From the NCBI GenBank assembly GCA_002633005.1, contig NMRA01000167.1, positions 260,284 through 324,283 on the forward strand: a stretch of DNA of 64,000 bases, in the 5' to 3' direction. This document shows positions 54,002 through 64,000 of this stretch, one piece after another. The stretch comes from Phoronis australis. Lineage: Eukaryota > Animalia > Phoronida. A program made the translations under genes and the position numbers. Position 1 is the first letter of the stretch. Each line of letters starts with the position of its first letter. The notes under the pieces were generated by a model. It was given only the letters and a program-made list of their open reading frames with translations, ran no database searches and was not told where the DNA came from.

Positions 54002-56447
54002 AGTGGTACAAAATTTAAAAGCCCTCAATTAAACTTCTAATTTGGCAGCAATGGGTTCGTCTCGTTTGGACGAGTCCATTGCAATGACCAGCTGCAGGAA
54101 CCGCGTGCACTTCAAAGAGCAAAGTAAGACTGATGCTGTTTTTGATGTTCGCCAATAGCTCATCGAAGCATGGCTAGTGGTCGCGCGCGCCGAAATGTTC
54201 GGCAACAATGCTGTCGTCAACGTAGCAGCGTATTGATGCCGTAAGCTAATCGTTTCAATACTATGCCCCACTTAACCGCCACGTACGGCGCGTTTATGGG
54301 CGCTACCTTAAAATGTAGAAAGGTGGTCGGCTGCGCCTACGTGCGCGTACGCCCCACTATAACGTAATTTACGGTGGGTAGGCGCTACATTAAAAAACAA
54401 AATGGTGGTTGGCTGCACTTACGTGCTCCTACCTCCCACTTCAGCGCTGTCAAATACACAGTTTAATCAGTCCATTTGCTGCCAGATTTTCTCAAGCGAG
54501 CGACAGTCCTTACGCCCACTTCTGAGACAGCCAAGTCTCCCGGGTGAACTTTTTATTTAGTTGTTAAATATTCAACTGTCATAATGCAATGATGCTTATA
54601 CTTTGACATTGTGAAGCGTGAAGTTACATGTAAGCCACCTAGTTATATACCTGGTTATGACAGCAGACATTCCTTTTCTTTTGACCTGTTTGTTTTTTAC
54701 ATCCATTTAAATTTTAATAGGTATGGTTGTGACGGGCTCTTATTTATAAGTACATGTAATGGTACCATCACGACAACGTTTAGTTATGTGAATTGGTTAC
54801 AGTGTATTGGGTCGTTAGTGTTGTCACTTTGGACTGAGGTAAACTTGCCTCTATGATGTAACACACGTAAATAAGTTTGAGGGTTTGTGCCATTCAACTG
54901 AGTGGTGGTGTCATGGGATTCTTGGCTTCCTGCTCTCTTGTATCGGTTGTGCTGTATGCAAATGCAAAGGATCATGCTGTTTGAATGACAGATGTCAGCA
55001 GGCGGCGGCCTTTATTGTAAACTATTGTAATAACGTATGCAGATACATGAGTGCATGCCACGGTGTTTTGGATGGACAACATATTGGGTTTGGCTTTACC
55101 TATTTGTATTTATTTGGATTAGTTCGTTTAAATCATTGTAATTTTTCTAGAGTACAATGTCTTGTATAAAAAATGTCTCACTTAACTGTATAGGTATCGG
55201 AGAATAAATGAAGAGAAAATATTATTTAGAAAAGACAAGTTTCTATATCGCTCATTTACAAGATATGCATGTCAAACCAAGTTTTGAATTTTTTCAGAAA
55301 CGAAGGGGGTTTGATATAAAAGTCGCTCCTTTGACGTCAAATACTAGAGAAGTTGCTATATTATTTAATAAAAATTTTGAGTATGTTGTCCATTGTCAGG
55401 TTTTTGACTCGGCGGTAGTTATGTACTTTTAGACATCATTATCTGGTTAACACATTACACGGTCCAAACCAAGACCAACGTAGTTTCTCAAAAACATAAT
55501 GAAATTAATGACGATTTTTAAAACGATACATTTCTAATGGGTGGGGACTGGAATATAATAACAATTCAAATGCACGGAAATATATTTTAGACCTTATAAA
55601 AGAAAAAAAGGTGGACATTTGGAGAGCATTTCACCAAGACAAAATAGTTTCAAATGGTTCAAAAATACCGGGTGAAAATAAGTAGACGGGATTTTTTTCT
55701 TGCCACGGAAGACCCTTTCTCCAGTTTTCCAGACTCTTCTATTTTGCCAGCCTACAGACCAGATTATGCCGCGGTGTTAGTTAAATTTTGTCTTTCTGAA
55801 AAAAGAGGGAAGGGATACTGCAATAATAATAAAAATTCATTGTTGGGTGATCCAGATTTTGTCAAAACGATAAAGGACGAAATTAAAAATACTAAACTCA
55901 TATATGCTGTCAGTCCGTACTCAAGGGAATTTATTTCTTGTTGCCCGAATGATTATCTTCAATTGATCATTGATGATCAGTTATTTTGGGAAACAATTTT
56001 TACTTCAATTGAGAGGTCAAATAATACAACATTCGTCTTCAATTAAACAGCATATTATTTAGAAAGAGACAACTTTCCGGGCTAGCATCGCGGAAATTGA
56101 CGAAAAATTGAAAATGTGACCGGATAATGCCGAAGAATATCTCCTTATGTTAGCAACATTAAACAGTGAGTTGGAAGAATTAAATAATAAAAAAGTGAAT
56201 CTGTCATCGTTAGACCTAGAGCTACATGGGTTGAATTTGGAGAAAAATCTTCGAAAGTTTTGCAATTTAGAAAGTAGAAACTATCAGATAAAAACATAAA
56301 AGAAATTAAAAAAGACGATGGAACGAGTATTACTGAGCTAAGTGATATTTTAGAAGAACATAGATTATTCTACGACAACCTGTATGATCTCCATGATACA
56401 GACCACGATGTTGAAATGTTTCGATTGATAAAGGGGAGTGCTCGGAG

Positions 56448-56775
56448 GAGCGACACTTGGCGAAATAAACCGAAAAGACTACGGTGGAGATAATGACGAC
56501 GATGATGATTATGATGACGAAGCCGGCGAGTATGAACAACACGATGACATTCATATGACTAGCTAAGATGTAAGAAATCAATAAAAAATAGGCTGCAGTC
56601 TTGAGCGACACTTGGCGAAGTTAACTGAACGGACGAAGAAAGCGATGACGACGACGATGGCGATGACGACTACGATGATGATTATTATGATGATAGTGGC
56701 GATTATGATCAACACGATAACATTTAATTGACTAGAGAAGATGTCAGAAATCAGTAAGCAATAGACTACTGTCTT
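56448..56775 (+). repeat. ~155-170 bp tandem repeat with a (GAT/GAC)n core; also at 49097-49331
   Basis: Units start gagcgacacttggcgaa and end aggct.cagtctt. Confidence 0.8.
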
Positions 56776-56777
56776 GT

Positions 56778-57620
56778 TCAATAGAAGCTAAACCAACATC
56801 AGTGCAGCAAGACCAGTCAACAAAGGAACAACGTTATTAGAAAATTTCAAATAAATCAAAAAGTAGACATTGTAGCGAAAAATAAATAATATCTTCTGAA
56901 AGCCTCTATCTAATACGTCAGTTTCACAAACGTCTGTGAATTTTTCAAAAATATTGAAATTTTGCGTTTTTGAAATTCAAAGTCAAATAACTCAAAAGCG
57001 GTAAGCCTGAGAAAAAAATTTTGCAAAACATTTGAAAGAGTATACTTTATAGAATTTACATGCAAAAATTTACGTAATTTTTTCCGTTTAAAGTAAGACC
57101 CCAGCACCACTGAAAATAGGTCAGCATTCGTCAGATCCGCCATCTTGAAAGCAACTTCCGGTTCTTTAGCTCTGAATAATAACCTGTTATAGAAAATTGA
57201 TACCTGAAAAATTTCGGAGCCATTGGTGTCATAATGCTACCTCTGCAAAAGAAAGCGTTTTAAGCCCGAAATCGAGGTGCGCATGTGCAATTGCCGATAT
57301 TTCCGCAAACTTTGACCGGAAGTAAAAGAAATCAGCACAGCTGTAGCACACGTGTAGTACAATGAACTTGCCGATTTTTAGCCGTGTACATACAGAAGTA
57401 CGGACTATATGAGCATTTCAATCTAAAATTGAAAACAAAATGGCCACCAAGTCCGCCATCTTGGATCTGATCATGATGAAAAATAATAGGCTTCCAGGAC
57501 TTCTAAAACTAAAGGTTGTGGGTTAATTTCCTGGAAATCGGCCGAAAAATGCGACCTGTACTTTAGAGTGCGAACAAACGAAAAAAACTGGACGGCAAAG
57601 CAACATACTTGGCGAATTCG
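56778..57620. mobile_element. Non-coding insertion inside the LINE
   Basis: LINE homology stops near 56430 and resumes near 57620. The insert carries ccgccatcttg motifs typical of non-autonomous elements and ends aacatacttggcgaa. Confidence 0.55.
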
Positions 57621-58911
57621 ATAGAATTTGGCAAAACTGTAGCCGGCAGAAAAGTTCAGCATAGAAAGTGAAATTACCTATCACGAACTTCATGCATGTT
57701 TGAAGAAAACTAAAAATAATAAAAGCCCTGGCTTGGACGAATTTTCTGTAGGATTCATTATTTTTTTTGAAAGACATTGAACATTTCCTTTTAAGGAGTG
57801 TAAATAATGCATGTGAATAAACGATCTATCGGTTACACTGGTATAGCGTGTTATTACTTGCATTCCAAAAAGTGACTATCCAAAATGCTATGTGAAAAAA
57901 TGGCACCTTTATTTTTATTGAACTGTTCTTATGAATTAATGTTATCGCGTATAGCAGAGATAATTAAGAAAGTGTTAAACACCTTAAGTAATTGCTTTTA
58001 AAATTTTTATACCAGGTCGCTTTCTGGGTGAAAAACTAGATTGATATATTATAAAATGTATGAAAAACAAAAGCAAAAGTTAAATGGCATGATTGTCGTG
58101 ACTTATTTCAAAAAAGAATTTGATAACTCTCGTGGAAATTTATTAGAAGATTATTAAAAGCTTTTGATTTTCGACCATTAACTAAAAGGTGGATTTCGCT
58201 ATTTCAAAACAATCCAAATTCATGCATTATTCAAATTATAGCTCTTTGTCAAAATTTTTCAAACTATGCAGATCTTGTCGACATCTTTTACAAATGACTC
58301 TACTTGATTTTCCATAAGTATCATAATCTAATGCCCCCTTGTAAGAGGCGAGCACAAACATGCGGCACATACAATGCATTTTTTATGAAAGTTTTTGTGT
58401 TAACTGTTATGAGGAGCATGCCTAGGGCCATGTATATTATGCGCACCAAAATGTCAAACTTTAAACGCAGAACTTATTAATGAGTGGAGGAACATCTGTA
58501 AGAGGCAAGCACAAACATACATGTACAGCATACATAATGCATTATTTCTGTAAATGTTTTTTAACAGTTTTGAAGAACAAGCCTTATCTGATGCAACTTA
58601 AACGCACCAAAAATGTCACCCTTTACATGCAGGAATTATTAATGAATGTTGGAACATCAGGGGTAAGCACAAACGTCCGGCATATACATTTATTATTCAG
58701 TTTTTCCATGAAAGCCTTTGTTACCATGTTCCCCCACTAATTAATAAATTGTGCGTTTAACATTTTGGAGCAGTCAGCGCAGAACTGGCTTATTCACTAC
58801 ATTAGCAAAACACACCTGCATATTATCAATGGAATTTGCAGGGAAAATAGCAGTCCCCCTGTGAAAATTACACCGCTAGATGCTCTGCTTACACCGAGTT
58901 GAGGTAGTCTG

Positions 58912-59344
58912 TACCCGGTTGCATGAAACAGTACCAAATAGGGACTCAACTAAGTTCCTTCAATGTACCGCGTCTTTTTGTACTTGCGGAAACATCGATT
59001 TCCCTTCTTTGTATTGTTGTAGTTTCATTACTAAGTCAACTTAAGACTTTGATAAAAATCGAAACTGAACTCTACGTTAAATTGTCAATATTGTCGAACA
59101 TAATCAGGAATCTTTTCATAAGACACCCACAATTTAAGGACTAAGTCCCTGTTTATTTTCCATGAACTCTGGGCTCAAGTTTTAGTTATACTATTAGAAA
59201 ATGTCATTAATCAAAAAGGAGCTCATAATAAAGATAAAATGATAGAAAATATTGCATCTGTGAGTCCATCAAGACAAAAATATGCAAGAAGACTTAGGGC
59301 CCTTAGCTGAGTCCCTACTTGAGACTGTTTCATGCAACCGACAA
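58912..59344. mobile_element. PIF/Harbinger-type MITE, second copy of 15822-16217
   Basis: CCGGTTGCATGAAACAGT ... ACTGTTTCATGCAACCG ends with a shared interior (cccaatttaaggac, gagctcataata). Confidence 0.8.
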
Positions 59345-59807
59345 CAGGAATCCTCCATATTGTTAATAGCTAATCAGAGATTCTAAACGAGTATACATCA
59401 GGGGCCTTGCTTATACGGAATAACGTGCTACTTAGCTGACGGGCTACTCATATACTGCAATTCTAGCAATTCTGCCTGTTAGCATCGATTGAAGACTTTC
59501 AATAGAACATTGGCGACTGTAACTTAGATGCGCAGGATAACTGAGTTATCAACTGCTCGCCACCACACCACATACTTGTCCATGGTTGTGATTGCATGCT
59601 TCTCGATGACCTTCGGTCGAAGCAGATAATCATGTGCTTCAGTGCGTTAAAATCTAAATGACGATAACTAAAACCCATCAGAGGGGGCGAGCTGAGCTAC
59701 GTCAGTTACGGGCTGATCACTTTGCTTCCGATTGGTTGAAGAAATACCGATCGAAATCGGTTGCTTTTTTTAACCATTTTTGTTTTCTTGTGAAAAAGAT
59801 CGCGGTT

Positions 59808-59814
59808 TATAAAA
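59808..59814 (+). promoter_or_regulatory. TATA box candidate for the PAN gene
   Basis: TATAAAA about 90 nt before ATG 59899, with a reverse CCAAT (ATTGG) near 59731. Confidence 0.4.
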
Positions 59815-59898
59815 CGCTTCACGACGTATGAACAGTCGCATTACGACTGCACCATTCAACGACATTTCATCTTGATAATCGGAACGAGCCAGAGGACG

Positions 59899-60238
59899 AT
59901 GCGTCTCGATCAAATGTCTCTATTTAATGTCTTACATTTAACCTTTTTTGTGTTTGAAGTATTGTCTTTCGCCCTCATTGAGGGGCAGAACAAGGTAGTG
60001 TATTTCGCCAAGGGGGGCCAAAAACAAAAGCATGGATAGCTCGAAGACCACTATTGTTCCAAACCTGATCCACAGCCTGTTAGTATGTGCTGTCGAGTGT
60101 TCTGGTGACCAATCGTGCGATGCCTTTGTATTTACCGAATGTGAGAAACTCTGCCAGAAATACAGCCAGTGACGTTGGTGACTGCAAATGGCTGGACGTA
60201 CTACAGAAAGAAGCCTAACAACGCAGGAAATTGTACAG
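59899..60238 (+). pseudogene. Signal peptide + PAN/Apple domain first exon with two frameshifts
   Basis: MRLDQMSLFNVLHLTFFVFEVLSFALIEG / SLLVCAVECSGDQSCDAFVFTECEKLCQKYS / LVTANGWTYYRK, ending at a GTGAGT donor. Confidence 0.7.
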
Positions 60239-61829
60239 GTGAGTACTTTGTCACTTCATTACAGGCACCGCTGACAGTAAATGACAGAAAGTGCTTATAC
60301 AATAAACGCCTGTGCACATTTTAGTTACCATAAAATTCGCGAATTTGGGTCCACCGCCGGCGGTATATTAAAAATGCCCCGTTTTCAAACGGGAGTTTTC
60401 AAGTTTTACATTAAGCCGTGTAGTTACATGTACATACGCCTGAACATAAACTGCATTTCTGTTAGCCTCGTTCCAGCCTTCAGCGCCCAGCCAGCTTCGT
60501 ACAAGTTGAAAATAAAATCAAGTTCCGACTGTACTGACGTCCTTATTTGAAAAATTACGTGAGTTGACTAGCCTGATTGCTATCGCATGAAGGCTGCACA
60601 TTTTGAACGAACAAACACCGGTGCGGTAAACGAGGATAGTGAGATTGTACATGTGTTGCCATCACCCACTAGATAAAAGTAGCAGTTATTACGTTGAGGT
60701 GAATATTCTGTGATGTTGCTGTGTGAGACACGGACTTCGTTTCTAAGCACTCGGTGTCATTTCTCTGTCCAATTATCAAAATGAATAAATTGAGTCATCT
60801 ATGCTCTACCAGGTTCTTGTCTATATTGTTGAGTGCTTTTTCAATTAGGAAAATGTGTTGCGTTTTGATACGCTGATGCAAATCGTCCCTTCTGCCCGGC
60901 AATCGACTGAAATTGAGGCCTGTGAATTGTAATAGTGAATAGTAAAAATACGCGTAAATTACTTTAGTGGGATTTGAATGCACCAGCGTAACGTTTGGCT
61001 GTGACCGTGTGCATTGCAGTCATATTAATTTAAGAGCGTTTGATTTTCCTAATAGAAGACAATAAATCAGTGAATATACTTTTAAAAGTTTTTGATCTCA
61101 GCGTTGTGTGATAAAAAATCGGTTTCATCTTGTCCTCTACTAGGATTTGATAAGATGTGGAGGCTTATTGAGACGACCCGTTAGGTCGGAATTGCTTTAG
61201 CAGAACGAGCATATCAAGTTGCTTGTCGAGATGGGTCAGTTTCAGTTGCCATGGTGATGCAGACATCACAAGATGTCCAGAAGTCTTAACCAATTTACAG
61301 ATCAAACAAACAGTGACAACCCGATAAATTTGCTTTGGCAGAGCAAGTATACATGAGAAGAACTCTATTTTTTGAAACCGAATACCTATTAGAAACTGTT
61401 TCGTAATTGAGTTCAATACTGATTTGATCAGATGTCATTTTACAACGGAGTGACAATTTCATTACTGTTTCCACTCTGTTTGAATCTCAAATACAATTGA
61501 TAGTCCTGTAGTAATTCTGCATTCTGAACACGTCCAATCTACATGTATTTCTCAGTAATGACATGCCTTTGAAAGAAAAGTAGGTGAGCGGTGTTGTTAC
61601 ACTGATATCGTGAATAAATTTGAGAGACATAATTTCAAAATAACACACCACGAATCAAAAACACTTTCTTCTCTCTCGAAATTGCAGACAAGGTTATGTT
61701 CCTCCATCCGAATGTCATCAAATTTATAAAAAAAACTTCGCAGATTATATTGTCTAAAAGAATAAAGGCTTTAGATATTTACATTTATTACGACATACCT
61801 GCAATTGACTGTTGCGGTCACTTCTTCAG

Positions 61830-61889
61830 GTATATTCAGCAAGAACGAAGATGCACAGCAAAACACCGGCATCACTACACCGCCCATTG
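61830..61889 (+). CDS. Probable second exon of the PAN gene (linker)
   Basis: cttcttcag acceptor and GTAAGT donor. 60 nt, phase 1-1, (G)IFSKNEDAQQNTGITTPPI. Confidence 0.5.
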
Positions 61890-62954
61890 GTAAGTTTTCT
61901 TCGATATAAATTTTCAAGATAAGATCTCAAAACACTGCGAATATTTTTATTATCGTTTGCATTTCTCATTTTTTGTTAACATTTATCATATAACTCCTTG
62001 ATGGGGTTTTGAAAAACTTTGTACAAATGGGATAAACATTTTCAGAAACACCTGAATTTTCTGTAAATACTCAAGGCCCATCATTATAAACGATTATTTT
62101 ACATACATGTACATGTATACATGTATGACAAAAATAGATTCGCCTATTCGCTCAGTCCGCATATTTTGAAAATATACAATATTAAATCCCGAATACCTTA
62201 TCAGGTTTTTTAGCGAATGGAAACAAAATTGTACCTGAAATAATGCTTAGAGCAATAAAAGCTTACATGTACCAGTGGAATCAATCATATATCTGCAATA
62301 GTGTATATTAGCTTATGTATGAATACAGTAGAGCGATTGTTTGTCATTTCCACATATATGCCTGAGCGGATAGATTTGACTGTTTGGTCTCTAAATTGAG
62401 ATGATCCGAATATTCACCTCAGATTTGTCTGCAGGTATGAAGGCATACTTAGCCGTAACACAATATGCAATATCAAATGACGAGCAATGTATAATCTGGG
62501 TACTTCAGATATCAGAGATTAATCTAAGAATTCACATACACTGTATTGAATGTAATTTCGTTCATAACCATTGAAAGAAATTAAAGTATACAAAAATACA
62601 CCTAAAGAATTTGTAACACGAGCTTTATCGCCGACCTTTGAAGCTGTTTTGCTAAAACAATCCACATAAGAAGGCACAATGTTTAAAAGAAACTTAATGA
62701 CATTTGTCCTTCCAAAAACCCAAATAGTGAATTTCCGGTTAGTGACAACAAAAGCATTGTGGAAGACAATTCTAAGATTGAGGCAGACGTTCCCCCATTG
62801 ATTTGCGTGCAGCAGGTTCAAAGTACACTGTACGAGACAGATTGGTAAAACGCCAAACCCGTGATACATCTACGTGCTGATTTTTGTACGCGCGTAATCA
62901 TTTTTTATACCACAATATTAGCGTCGGATGGCAAATACAACCGTGTAATAAACC

Positions 62955-63015
62955 GATGCCGGTTTCGAACCCGAGCCTCAAAGTTTCGCCGACTTTACCA
63001 CTACACCACTCAGCA
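62955..63015 (-). mobile_element. tRNA-derived SINE head
   Basis: Minus-strand A-box TGGTGTAGTGG and B-box GGTTCGAAACC, without a complete cloverleaf. Confidence 0.5.
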
Positions 63016-64000
63016 ACTGACGTCATCGAACGTGAAAATAGAATACTTAAAGTCCTTCTTGCAAACTGCCCAATTGGTTCCAGAATACTTACTACATATT
63101 TTTTTATTTTCGACACCCTTTCTTTATATTCTCTTCGCCTTTCTTGCCAAAAGCGATTTTAACTGTATTTGACCCTTCTCTCGGAGCGTAGGATTACCGG
63201 TTGTCATCGGTTATTTCCGTACCCACATTTCCGGCTCATCAGTCCTGAACGCCGCCATTTTTTCCTTGTAACTGAATGTGCTATGGCTTGCTCGAAAAGT
63301 CTTCATTATTTTGTTTTATTAGTAATATATCGTGATTCGTTTGCATATGTAGTGTATTTATAGTTTGTAGTTAGTGGTCATTGATTTTTTTTGGAATGTT
63401 ACGCGTACTTAGTATGTTAAAATAGCATTGGTGTTTAGTTCCTTACGTAGGCGGGTCGAACCTAGGAACCAATGTGGGTCGAACCAATTTTTTTCGGTTT
63501 TATTTTTTTCCTCGTTTTGAAAAAGTACTTTGCTATCATCGGAAAGGTAGTACATTATGATCAATAAAAATTGAAAAAGTATCAAAATCGGGGGACGCAC
63601 TGTAAAGTTATTGCAAGTTTTGTGGCGAAATTTGGGTCACTTTGTTTGGATCGCGTCGGCCATATTGGAGGACAGCGGGATGAGTTACGAGTTTAAAACT
63701 TTGTGTAAATTGTTTTCGCCAACAAATCACGGTGAAATTTAGTTAGACATATATTTACTTACCATTCTGCACGATTTAGCAGTGTTCACCAAATTTCAGC
63801 CTCGCAGTTGTTACTCATTAAGTGATAAATGTGCTCACAATTCCCGTTGGACTTCGTCTCATTTCTGGCGGTACCTACAATGTCGACTTTTGCTGAACTG
63901 AAAGGCATGTTCAATCGGCTACTTTGTAATTTGTGAAGATTTAACGTTGATACATTTTGACAAACGTTGCTACAAAAAAGAAACTTTGTTCAATTTTCGT

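Larger units (their letters stand above)
55170..58285 (+). mobile_element. Decayed L1/Tx1-clade LINE ORF2 (APE endonuclease + N-terminal RT), interrupted
   Basis: Frameshifted motifs SLNCIGIG, HLQDMH, EVAILFNKNF, GGDWN, SRRDFFL, NSLLGDPDFV, KNNKSPGLD, VITCIPK, FIPGRFLGE, FKKEFD and CRSCR(Q). Confidence 0.88.

Noticed and set aside
62300-62800. Possible CR1/L2 ORF2 fragment
   Set aside because: Only faint motif resemblance, too decayed to support without a search.

Overview
This is AT-rich, repeat-rich animal DNA, probably from a marine invertebrate deuterostome (inferred from sequence style only). It is dominated by one complete spliced + strand gene, a PTPN9/PTP-MEG2 orthologue (N-terminal CRAL-TRIO/Sec14 domain plus C-terminal classical tyrosine phosphatase). 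I rebuilt it as 12 GT-AG coding exons from 5156 to 43755, with matching phases throughout (2049 nt, 682 aa). A probable divergent - strand membrane-protein gene, possibly dolichol kinase-like, starts about 0.6 kb upstream. A frameshifted signal peptide + PAN/Apple gene starts at 59899. Introns and flanks hold many non-autonomous DNA transposons with visible TIRs and TSDs (hAT, pogo/Tc1-like, PIF/Harbinger, Kolobok-like), a decayed L1/Tx1 LINE, tRNA-derived SINE-like pieces and mini/microsatellites. I found no convincing wholly new biological system. The best leads are a diverged duplicate of the PTPN9 exon 4 5' end that creates a frameshifting upstream acceptor, a KIAA1586-like hAT transposase relic split by a Kolobok-like element, and the PAN gene with compensating indels. 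Family assignments come from recall of motifs, not from database searches.
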